The position numbers were made by a program, and so were the translations under genes. From Tubiluchus corallicola (lineage: Eukaryota; Animalia; Priapulida), in assembly GCA_030141605.1 (NCBI GenBank), contig JAQGDQ010000256.1:186001-250000 (forward strand): DNA of 64,000 bases. Reading direction: 5' to 3'. The notes under the pieces were generated by a model, which did no database searches, had not been told where the DNA came from, and saw only the letters and a list, made by a program, of their open reading frames with translations. Shown in pieces: positions 1-12,133 of the stretch (positions within the stretch are counted from its first letter, which is position 1; every line of letters starts with the position of its first letter).

Positions 1-2740
1 CTAGCGGCAAAAATAAGAACCCGAGTGCTGTCATTGTTGTTTGATTTCAATGTAACTTCAGTTATCAATACAAGCAATAATAAACACCTCTACATGATCT
101 AAAACCAGGTTCAACAAAATGTCTAATGAACTGCTGAAACTGAACTTATTACTTTTTTACATAATATATCACTTCAATTAAAAAGATGGCCTACATAACA
201 TTTTTATTTTTAATAGCGTTTGCGGCTTGTATAAAATAATATATCACATACTGTTAGCACTTCTTTACCGTACACTTCCCTCAATTTCCGGGCTGGTACA
301 GCAACGTTAAGATGTTTAAGGCGTTCTTTGATCTACTAATCAGCAATTAATAATGATCATATTGACGACAACCCAATTCAATTCAATGTAACTTCGTTCA
401 AAATAATTATATTGTTTATTTCGGCATATAAAAATGCTATGTAAAAGATAAAGATTGTACTAAGAGTTAATACGGCACGTACTACAAAAGAAATATATGT
501 ACAAAGAGCATAATAAAAACATAATAAATACATAGGCCTATAGAAATTAAAATTAAAATGGCATCAGTTAAAAACCAACAGTTACTACTCCAATAAGTTA
601 TGAAATTATGCCATATCTTAAATGCTCTGCTATAAAATCGTATGTCAATTTGATAGCATACACGACTTTACAACAGAATATACAGGCTCAGTGATTCCTG
701 TTCTTAAACTATTCGCAGAGTGACGCAACAAATTTTAGAATGTTTTATATTATGTTCTGAATATATTATAACGAAGACATAAGCCATTTAGTTTCACCCC
801 CATATCTACAGCGTAATGGTTCAAATCCACTACGAAGCCATCGCATGTGGTCATTGAATATCAGGTATCACGCGTCCACAGATATGGTTCCGTGGTCCAG
901 CAGGAGGGCTGATAGGTGTGTCTTATCGTCTCACACCTGTTCCACAACCCAGAATGAGAGATGTACGATAAGTTTGTGGCAAGTTTGACATTAATTTTTA
1001 AACAAATTCTTCTAGCGTTTCTACTCGCGAATAATATCAACACAATCGCCGCAAGTTCACTGGTGGCCTGAGTACGAAGGACAGTAGTCCTCGGCAACCC
1101 TCCAGTAGAATCGAACCGCCGACCTGCCTACTTTTGATGATCAACAAGATATCCTGGCAGATGCGAGACGTAGTGAATCAATGGATTTTCACGCTTTCCA
1201 CTCTCCAACAGCCTGGCCTTTTTTCTGGAGCTGAAGTAGAATGACGTTTAACAGAGAAAAGACGGTTTCAGTGACAGTCAACAGATTTCTACTCTCACCT
1301 ACAGCAGCTACTAACAAGATGTCCCACCAGTCTTTAATGTTCTTTTCGAAATCGAAGCTTCGAGGGACTATAGATCTCACCTCGCGCTAGGACAGTTTTA
1401 GGAACGTGCAGCGTGATACCAGGGATCAGTCAAGCAGATTGGACGACGACTCGCAAAACGACCTACAAATACGTGTTCTGATTCCAATCCATGCATGGCC
1501 TACACAGTCATGAAGAAAGAAGTTCATCAAGACGGCGTGGAACTTCCTCCTGGAAACCCTATTGCCGCAGCTTTGCCTTTGGTTGGCTTTAGGACCTCTG
1601 CAATTATAGAGTGATCGCTGGGCCTGGCCCGAATAGGAGCCAGCCTCTCTGAGTCCTAACTGCTTGCCAGTCCTGAATTAACCATTAAGCAAAATAAGCG
1701 CGTGCTTAGGGCCACGGGGGAAGAGGAGCCCACAGTTTTTTTCCAGTTCGAATAATTACCCAAAAGTAAAATACACCGGAATATGTGTGACAGTGTCTGT
1801 GTTTATTTACAATTATGATGAACATCGTTTGTTTACATTGTTTACAATTATGACGGTACGGATGGATGCTGATGTCCTAGTGTTTACTGTATATAGATAG
1901 ATCTTATTGCAAGGTTTTACATTTCGAAAGGTTAAATTTCACATTACAGTTTGTATTGTTTTTATTCTGAATAGCACAAATATATAGGTAGCATAATCTT
2001 TTCAGGGCTAAAGACCTCAGCAGGTCTGAACCGACCCTCTGCTTCCAAATTTGTAAATTTTTCTTTGGGCGTTATACAATTTTGTAAGTGTTATAATTTT
2101 TTTCAGTTTTAACAGTTTTACTTTCAGTTTTTAGTTACATAGCTCAGAGCGATATGTCGCACATTATTCGAACCACGTACATGCAATACGTTTTAGACTC
2201 ATTGCAGATCAGGCTATAATTATTAACAAACTTTGGAGAATTATTTAACATATTTTGCAACACTTATATAGAAGGGGCCAATATACACAAAACATATCTA
2301 AGGTTACAATACTATACGTATGGTACTTCTGTTGTTGTTGTCGTTGTCGTTCTTTTAGAAAAATCGCTTGAACAGCATTTTAAGGCAATGAGTACATTAA
2401 TTTTGATGTTTAAAGAAAGAAATTAAAGAACGAAAACATGTCAATAGGTTCAGAACTACTAATACCAAGTAAATTTCATCAAAAATACTGAGAAACGAAT
2501 AACAGTTATAAAAATAACAACCCATTTTACAATCTTGCGACCAAGGTAATTTACTGATCTAATAAGCAAATTGATTGATAAATTAATAATTTTACTTAAA
2601 TAAATAAAATAAAAATAAAAAATATTCATAGACGATATAGACCTTGTGACGTTGTTCCTAAATGAGCTTTGACCCTCTTTAAAGTGTATGTTATCCAAAT
2701 CAGTGTAAAAATTAACAACGCACAACCTTGCTGGCACATT

Positions 2741-3100
2741 CTGTTTTATGCTTTGTTTTGCTTTGCTTTGTTTCAAATTATCTTACCTTATCTTGCCTTC
2801 ACTTGTCTTTCCTCACTCACGTTAACTTACCTCCTTACCTTGCCTTACTTTAACTTACCTTACCTAATCTTATCTTACCTTTCCTTAACTTACTTCACCT
2901 CTCACTTTATCTCATCTCATCTCATCTCATCTTACCTTACCTTACCTTACCTTACTTTACCACACCTTACCTTACTTTAACTTACCTTGTCTTACCTCAT
3001 CTTTGGCGTTACGTTACCTTACCTTATTCTACCTTGCCTTAACAATTTTGCGTTAAGCTGATTGACTTACTTTACCTTGCCTTGTTTGATCGTCTCGCTT
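2741..3100. repeat. Compound pentanucleotide microsatellite (TTTGC/CTTAC/CTCAT units)
   Basis: Period-5 tract visible directly; explains the low-complexity ORF 2669..2980. Confidence 0.9.
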
Positions 3101-3410
3101 TACTTTAAGTCTACCAAAGTCAATAATTTCGCTGCGTGTTTGATTCATTGAAAATTTTTTCAAACATATCTGAGCACTTGCTCCAAGCGGTGAATTACAT
3201 TCTTGTCCCATGTGCCCCGGGCGAAACACTAATGGACTAGCATGTTCAGTTTACTGCAAATGTCAAAGCTACCCTGGGCTAAGTTTATAAAGTTTGGTAC
3301 GAAAACCAAACAGGAGCAGAGGATTATAAGAAGTCAATACAGGATAAATAACGTGTCAGAACAATGGCAAGAAATGTTAAATAATGGACTTTGCAGTGAT
3401 GATTGCACTA

Positions 3411-3550
3411 CTTGTTATTACTTTGCTTTGTTTTGCTTTGTTTACTTTGATTTGTTTTGTGTTTTGTTTTGATTTGATTTGTTTTACTTTGCTTTACTTT
3501 ATTTATTTTATTTTGTTTTGCCTTGCTTTGGTTTGTTTTACTTTGTTTCC
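3411..3550. repeat. Degenerate pentanucleotide microsatellite (TTTGT/TTTGC/TTTAC)
   Basis: Period-5 tract visible directly. Confidence 0.85.
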
Positions 3551-4989
3551 TTTCGTTACTGTGATGGTCCCCCATCTAGCAGAATACTGCTACTAATTAT
3601 TTTTCACTTTAAGTATTAACTTAAACGGTATCATGAAGTGTTTACCTAATGATTGATAATATTGATGTATTGATTTTTATGTTCCAATCTTGTGCTGCCA
3701 TCTTTAGTCAAGAGTAGCATTATTTTCGATGAAGTTATCATTAAATGAAGCCATTTTTCTGTTAAGCTACCTTAAATATGTAATTAGGCAGAAGAAGATG
3801 AAATTCGTTTTGTTTCAACATGACTTGTATTTTTCAAGCGAAAATACGTTTAGCAACAATTTTTTCCATGATAATATTATGCCCGTGTTTAAACAAATGT
3901 GAAAGCTTCGTCGCTGTACTACTGAGGTCACTTCACCCAGAACTCATTTCTGATTGGTCGGCTAGCTTTCGAGGCCTGGATTTAAACGTATTGGCCTACG
4001 TGGCAGAGAGAGTAGAATGGGCGTGTTGAGAAATGGTCAGATATAACTATATCATGGTTTCTTTCATACGATGATTGAACGAGAAATGGATGGTTTGTTC
4101 ATTATTATGTTCTTCTTATTCGTTGGTGAACGATGTTCTTCTTTTGCTGATGAAACCTCAACCACAATTGCTGAGAGACATTTGTTAAATTAGGCATTCC
4201 TAATTTCCTTAACGTTGGATGAAGATACTGTCACCTTTGACTTCACATTCGATGGTCTAAATCGCTTCCGTTCTGCGTGGGAACTCGGAGGAGATGATCT
4301 TCTTATTATCCGATCTCCAGAGACTCTACTATGTGTCCTGCCAGTGTGATGGAAAGCTGTGGAGACTTCCTGGAAAAGACTACCTGCTGCCCACGAAGTA
4401 GACTGAGAGAGACGCTAACTTAGCCGACTTCCATTGAAGACCGAATTCTGCTGCATTACTACAACGTGCGTGAGGAAGGACCGGTCCTACCCAAGTACTG
4501 GAGAAGACCTCGCCTTGGTAAACTACTATTTTGTTAATGTTGTTTATTGAAAGACTTTTTTTATATAATGTCCTGTACAATGTTCGCTCTGTAAATTGAA
4601 ATAATAATCCTGACACTTATCTTTAAAAGCAAACTAATTTGCAAACGTGTTTTATTGTCACAGGATGTTACAGTTACCTTCCATTTCGTTTTCACCTTTT
4701 CTCGTTATTTTATTTTATTTTGTTTCACTTTATTTTATTACATAAGTATATGAAGAACTGAAATAAAGTATTCACCTCTGCCAGTTCAGTGTCTTAAATT
4801 AAAAGATCGTAATTGACTAGATTTGGTCCCGCCTCAAACATCTACAATTACGCGCTTCCGCTGAGTGCTGTGTCAAATTGCGCAAAAACGTTTGTTTATT
4901 TTAATATGTATTTGACTATCTACGCAGTTCAATTTCAAATTAAATTTACAAATAGCTGACACACCTGATAGCCACGTATACAGCACAAG

Positions 4990-5367
4990 CAGGGCTGGAT
5001 TATCCTATAGGCTAGCATAAGCTACAACTTAGGGCTTTCAAGCTTGGGTGGGCTCTCAAGCTTTGGTAACATTTGGCAAAAAAATTTGTTTTTCACTATG
5101 GCTGTGTTGAAATGTGTCCTAATTTGGTTTGTAATAAATATTAAAATATAGCATTTTTCAAAGAGTATTTTTATTGACAAACAAAAGACGGCTATTCTAA
5201 TTTGTTTAAAAAATTTATAGTAAGTTTACTTCAAACTGTAAATGTAGCTAAAATATTCACGAGCAAAAGATATTCAAGACAGCTTGCTGGCACATTTGAG
5301 GGTGTCTCATAGAGGTCACATAATTTCATTAGCCTGGGGCCCCAAAATTAATGATAATAATCCGACT
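4990..5367. mobile_element. Degenerate hAT-type MITE
   Basis: Left end CAGGGCTGGATTAT; right end ...GGGGCCCC...ATAATCCGACT is an imperfect inverted match. Resembles non-autonomous hAT termini; TSD not clear. Confidence 0.5.
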
Positions 5368-6016
5368 TTTATCACAAGTGCCGATTGTTGATACTTTCAA
5401 AATGAAATTGACTAAGAAATGTAACCTGAAAGTCTCTTTCATCGGACCCCGACTTATGCAAGGAGTTAGTGATTTTTAGTTCAACAAAAAGACAACTAAA
5501 ACTAACAAATTTACATGTGGTTCCATTTTCTTGAATGCCGGTTATGTTACACCTTCTTGTTCTTTTGTTTGATAAACTAAAACCATAAGCCATATATGTT
5601 TATGCTTCTTCCTGCAAGGAGCGCCATAGGAAAAAAATCTGCTTGTATCTTGAAAAAACATAATTTTATGTCTCGTGACGCAGTTCTGTCTCATCACGGA
5701 GCGATTACGACTGAAAAACATGCTGCGCGGTTTTCCAGAAAAGAGAAGCCCATTACAGGATCCCTGTCAAGCAATCACGTAACAATTTGTTGATGAAGCC
5801 ACTAGCATACATGCCACTGTGACAAGACAAATTACCTCAAAACACACAATTGCCAATCTGGATATCAGAAATATTGGCGTCATTTGATGGAATCTTATCA
5901 TTAGCTGGTGTTGTTATGATTGCCAATAATATGTTTTGCGACCACGCAAAATACGTCAGATGAAACATGTTGAAGAAAAGGAAATGATTCTGCTGACTTT
6001 ACACGCGCGGCATTAG

Positions 6017-6500
6017 TAAAGTGAAGCAAAGTTAAAAGACGCGATGCGATACGATGCAAAACGAAGTAGTGTGAGGTGAGAGATGGGCGAGGTGACGTGA
6101 ATCGTGAGGTGAGGTGAAGTGATGTGGTATTGTGTGGTGTAGTGTGGTGTGGTGTGGCGTGGTGCGGTATGGTTCTGTGCACTGTGGTGAGGGGTTGTGT
6201 GATGTAATGTGATGTGATGTGATGTGATGTGATGAAATGTGATGTAATGTAAAGCGATGAGTGAAAAGTGTTAAAGTAAAATGAAGTGAAGCAAAATTAC
6301 TAAATGTAGTTAATTGAGGTAATATGGAGACAAGCATGTAAACTGAAGAAAATGAAATAAAGTGAAGTGAATTAAATTGGCGCAACATAACCTAAATGAT
6401 GTCATCAAGGTAAGGTGAAGCAAAGTGAAGAGAAGAGAAGTGAAGTGTGGCAAATGGAGTTAAGTATGGGTAAAGAGAAGTATGGCGAGCTGAGCTGGTT
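6017..6500. repeat. Compound pentanucleotide microsatellite (GTGAG/GTGGT/GTGAT/GTGAA)
   Basis: Period-5 tract; explains the His/Thr-rich ORFs at 5901-6388. Confidence 0.9.
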
Positions 6501-7823
6501 GTGGTGTGACAGGCGATTCATTAGCCGTTGGTTGTGGTGGTGGTGCCAGCGGTGGCAGTGGCGCGGTTTTAGTCGAAAAAAACACGCAAAAATCCTACAA
6601 CAACAAGGCAAAAGAACGCAAAGCAAATGTACAACTGTCTGGACGTGGCAACAAACTACATTTACAAACAACTATTTAGTAGGAGCTGTGAAGTTATTTG
6701 TAGACACGCAATGACAAAGATAATCTGTTCTTCTTGTGATTACTAACATATGCCAGGCAGTAATTACTGTTAATATACAGTGTCAACATTGGCATACTAT
6801 AGACAACAATATCTCTCGGCGTGGGGCAGAATTTACATTCCGGAACCTGCTGTTAACATTTCAGGCATACGATCAATCAACCGGGATACAGGACAAGTAT
6901 CTGGCGTACAACAAGTAGAACTGAATTTAACCCCATTCTTCGCATCAGTGCTTAAAAGACAATATTGATAATGAAGTTAGTATCATTCTTAAGCAATGTT
7001 ATTATGACCCTTTAACAAACAAAACGAGAACCGTGAAACAAAAACCGTCCCATCCAATTAATTGAGCTTCCCACGGCAGTGTAACCTGCTGGATTCAAGC
7101 TACTTACTTGCTGTTATATTTCTCAATGATGCGAAGAAACATGTTCAAGAAATATAGACAAAACTGAGTAACTAACTAGCAAAGTTAGTTACCTTTTTTC
7201 CTGAAACCGAAAATTATCCATATCTGAATGTAAGGATTGTTTCTTCTATCTTGTTTTACACTTACCCAGAAAGAACCACTCCATCCAAATTCGATAAGTC
7301 GTTTATTTATCTCCAATATATACTTTTTACCAATAAAAGCGCCACCTACCACTCAAGACAATGAAACTGTGTTTTGTTGGTGGAGAAAGAGTCAGAATGC
7401 AACCAACGCAAACTGATTTAATCAGGATTCCATCTTTTTTATGAAATTCGGAGGAGAAAATTTGACTAATGTTAATATTACAGCACCAGTCATAATTAAC
7501 ACTACTGCTTGAGAATTAGAGGTAGCTACAACAATCCTGTATTTAGCGGCGTTTTCACTGAATTGTTTAACTCATTTTAACTTACAATATATTTCATTAC
7601 TGCGAGTCAATAAATTATAAGTCTGGCGGTTAGAGTCTATGGCATAATAACGGGACTAAATAAAACAACTTTCGCTTAAACTTGATGGTGCTCTTCCAAT
7701 GTTGTTTCAATTTTTGTCGCTAGGTAACGCCACTTGATAACTCGCTTCGCACTTTCAAGTTAGAGTCAATATTTCTGCTATAATCTGTACATTTGGGTAG
7801 TACTCAGGGGAGGGGAGTACGTA

Positions 7824-7890
7824 GTGGTGGTGGGGGTGGTGGTGATGGTTGTGGTGATGGTGGTGGTGGTGGTGGTGGTGGTGGTTGTTG
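7824..7890. repeat. (GGT)n microsatellite
   Basis: Seen directly. Confidence 0.9.
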
Positions 7891-8239
7891 ACCATAAAAT
7901 TAATATTTACAATCTTTGACAGGGATAGCAGAATTAAAACATTTCATAGTCCAAAATTTTCTTCTGTTCAGAAAACAGCAACATCACACAAAGGCTAAAA
8001 AAGTTCACACAAACAAATTTTCATTCAGTGTAAAGTAAAAAAATATATGATAATGACTGAGCTGAGCTTACAGAATTTTACAGAATGTAACACTTCAATT
8101 ATGGTACTTGCAGAAATTAGTGTGTTTTCTTATTCATAAGCTTTCTTTAAAGCAGATCTCAAATATCAAATCGGAATTCATAATTTACGTTAAGGATGTA
8201 ACGTCTACATTGCTGAATCTTCTTCGAGTTTCAGCTCTT

Positions 8240-8375
8240 AAATGACATCCATCAAAACGTGTTTTTCAGTTTGGATTTCTGCACAATTACAGACTCTCTG
8301 TCTTCTATCTACGTTACGCCATCTCTCAGTTTCAACTTTCAAATAGTGCCCCTGGAGTCTCAATCACGTACAGGT
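8240..8375 (-). mobile_element. Non-LTR retrotransposon ORF2 C-terminal zinc-finger remnant (Proto2/RTE-X-like)
   Basis: Minus-strand translation RLQGHYLKVETERWRNVDRRQRVCNCAEIQTEKHVLMD matches the LINE C-terminal pattern RLxxHxLxIETGRW...RxCxC..QTExHVL; stops flank it. Confidence 0.7.
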
Positions 8376-11205
8376 AATGCGGTGTTGAATCCGGAAGCCG
8401 TGGGCTATTAAGCATGAGTTGAAATCTTAATACGTCTCTCGTTTAGGTGAGTTACTGTTTCTTATAGTATCTGCCAGCAGAGACTGCTCATCGTACTCAT
8501 TTACACTGATTCTAGGCAGTCCATTCAAACTTTTATACAAATCACTGTTGCAGAGTCTTGCTATCCGGGATTTTTTGTCACATTTTCATTTGTCTATATT
8601 TCATCCACGTGGTGAAAAACGGATATCCAGAATCAGGAAACACAAGTGCACGTTGAACGTCTTACTGACAATAATGACTTAAGGAGCTTCATATACATTT
8701 TACAGGACGAAATGCATCTTTGTAGCCAGTTCGACCTCATTAAATTTCTTACATTTAAAACATTCAAACCAAAATCATTATTTCACTCACGTTTTAATTC
8801 TTAAATCACCCGAACACCCATTCGCAAAATCTACAACTTTTTATAGAAATAGGTCGCTTTTAATTCTGACTCAGCTAAATACACGTGAAATAGGCTTAAC
8901 GTTTAATATAGCACAGTCTAGAATCCGGCTCTGTCAATTCACACGTGCCATCTTACCCATCTATCATTTAAATTTCAAACTACATCACCTAGTTTTCTAT
9001 TACCGAACGTTTGATAATTTTTCGTTGATTTAGATTAGCTTTCTGAAATTTTTCTTATTGCATTAACTTTCTAGAGGTTTTCATTGCCAATTTTTATTGC
9101 TTACTACTGTTAGTTCATTAGCAACTAAAGACAACAGACTTTGCTAATACTTACACAACTAATAAAAAGCTTCTGTGATTATACCAACATTAGATACGCA
9201 TATAGCGATAGCCTCTTTCACAAAGTAGTCACTAATCATTCAAAAGTTTCAAAAGCAAAATTAGTCCTTTTTAGAAGTTACCAAAATTGATTTTATTTTA
9301 TTTACGTACAGAACTCACTAAGACCATGCTTACAATATTGTAATAACGATTCGGGTGCATGCTCTTCACAATTCATCATCATCATCATACGTCCGTCACG
9401 TCTATTGTAGACATTGGGCAGGCAGAATTCTAAAATAAAAGAAATCTGCCTTATGTAAATCAGACAACCTTGCAATGGCGGCGTCCTTTAAAAACGCCAC
9501 TGTTTTGCAGCACTCCAAGACAAGGAAAGGGCACCATTGACTGTTGTTGTGTGGGTAAAATTAGTGGTTGAAAACACGCAATAGCAGTACCATAATTTAC
9601 TTAATTAGCATGTTATAGGTTACATTTTTTATGGACTGTGAGCTTTAGTGAAGCTCAAATGATACTAGGTAACAGTTATAAAAGTATGGTATTGTGTACT
9701 TTTAACTACTAATGTTACCCACCCAACTATAATCAATGAGACACAAATCAAAAAACTCTACTTATGTATGGTATCACAACAATATTTTTAAACAGGCTAT
9801 AACTTTGCTGTTAAATGTTTAAAAAACTAAAGCACTTTCCAAACACACCTTTGCACATTCAAAGTTCTCGAACAACGTGCATAGCCGGAAACGGAAGCGG
9901 CGCCATGTATCAACAATGGCCTTACATCAATTCGCTAAACGACATTCCATTTCGTAGTTCCTACTATAATATTTATCTACGATTCAATGGAGAATAAGCA
10001 GCAGGGCTGTTTTCACAAGTTGAGAACTGGTATTGTATATATAAAATATTAAATGATAGTACCATTACGCAATAATATATGATTATACCAGTTTATCCTC
10101 TTCAAACATTTATGAAATATTGGCCATTGAGAAGACTAGAAAAGATGTAAAACTATTGAACTAGCACTTTACTACCATAAACTTGCAATGAAGAAGGAGA
10201 AAACTGAATTGGGTGGTATTAAAGCTCTACCTGTCAACAGCTAACAATACTAGCAATACAAGCACTAATGACGTGGTGGTTAACAACGAACACAAAATCG
10301 ATATTAATGGAAAAACAGAAAAACAAGTGTCACGTTTTTAGGCATCACTGTTAACAATAAACTAAAATGGAATAAACAGTTCGAAATAGCACATAGCAAA
10401 ATAGAAGTAAGTATAAGCTATCTGAGACAAGGGCCAACTAAATGTAGATACCAAACTACTTATATGCAACATTCATTTTGCCGCACTACACATACGGTTG
10501 CATACTATACAACCACGCTTAATAAAATAAATAATCTACAAAACTATGTTTTAAGACTAGTCACAAAGGGTAGCAATAGAGCAGCAAACAAAAAATTTAA
10601 AAAAGTGAAAGAAAGTCAATCATTTAGAGAAAATATAAACATGTCAATTATTCAGTTATATACAATTTTACACATTGGTCTTTCTTTATCGATACATTCA
10701 CAATATTAGTGTACCGTTCAAAATCAGTAGAACTTCCATGCTTACTACAGTTAATAAAACACCAGAACTATCAACATAAAACAAGTGTCATGAAAGTATA
10801 CTTACAGGATGAAAGTATAATTAAAACCGCCATAAGCTTGTGGAAAAATCAGGCACTACAGGATAAAGTTGCACTTACACTAGTAAACTAAAAGAAACTA
10901 TCCTAAAAAAATTACCTAATACCCGTCAATCGACACGATTTTGACAAATCAACAAAAATTACATGGAATTTAATTCACCAAACCGTAAATATCTCTTATA
11001 TTTACTTTTTTTGTTTTACTGTATATTAATATGTACATTTTGATTTAACAGATAGAACAGAATAGTCTGACACTAATGCCAACTATCAGTTCTGTCATAA
11101 TTGTGACTGACGGTATGCTGCTTCCATCTGTGAACACAACATACAATTACATATATTGTACCCCTGTGCATGTATTGTGTTAATGTTGGTTAATAAAGAT
11201 TCTCC

Positions 11206-11325
11206 CTATCTGTTTGTCTGTCTGCCTGTCTGTCTATGTGTCTCTCTGTCTGTCTGTCTGACGGTCTGTCTGTCTACATATATATATATAACTATATATA
11301 ACTATATATATATATATATAGTTAT
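11206..11325. repeat. (TCTG)n then (TA)n tract after an AATAAA; possible retroelement 3' tail
   Basis: Repeats seen directly; the tail interpretation is inference. Confidence 0.7.
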
Positions 11326-11877
11326 ATTGTAGTGTAATAATGCGAAAATAAATAGAAGTTTCTATCGATTTCTTAAAATTTGCTTTAACAGAAAACCCAT
11401 TGATTGAAAATATGCATTATAGTTTTGTTTAATGTGAACAGTTTACATCTCAAATTGTTTAAACAACAAACATTTATAGCACAGCTCTGTACACTGCCAT
11501 TATCATAATTCTACATAGTACCATAATATATTAAAAACGTTAACAGTTTCTGTTTAGTTATTAATTTTACTGCTGCATGATTTTTTAACTATTTACGTGC
11601 TAAATATGTGCTCTTAAATGTGAACGTTATTATTAGTAATCGTAGCAGTAAACAAGTGAAAACTTCCTTTTGAACTGTGTGCGCCCGATGCAGCGCAAGC
11701 CTTGACGCTTTACGGCGGTTAATAGTAATATTTCATTAAAGTATTAAAATCGCCTGCATTTTTTTCATTAGAAAAGTAGAAAATTTTAGTCTATCAAATT
11801 CTGCTATCCAAGATTGTAAATATCAATTTTATAGTCAACAAACTAGTACTGCTACTAATAACAGGCTACGCATACCG

Positions 11878-11885
11878 TGACGTCA
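11878..11885. promoter_or_regulatory. Palindromic CRE (TGACGTCA) upstream of the protamine-like gene
   Basis: Exact TGACGTCA about 250 nt upstream of ATG 12134, plus a CRE-like TGCGTCA at 11950-11956. Function is inferred. Confidence 0.4.
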
Positions 11886-12133
11886 GCTGCGTTTGTTTGA
11901 TGTTGTTATGGTTACACTAAACGCCTCTACCGTCACAAGCTATGACCTATGCGTCACTTCAGTTTTGCTGGCAGATAAGATGGTTGGGAAATAAAAACGC
12001 CATAAAACCACGTCTACATTTGGTCAAAAAGATGCCAACAAGTTGTTTCATTTGGCACTAATCGGGCATATTGGATTTATATGGGTTGATCGGCGCGCGG
12101 GTTTGAGAACCGAGCACTGGAGCCAATAACATC

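Noticed and set aside
6736-6968. Two overlapping 60-62 aa ORFs after an acceptor-like site
   Set aside because: No recognisable family and no partner exons identified.
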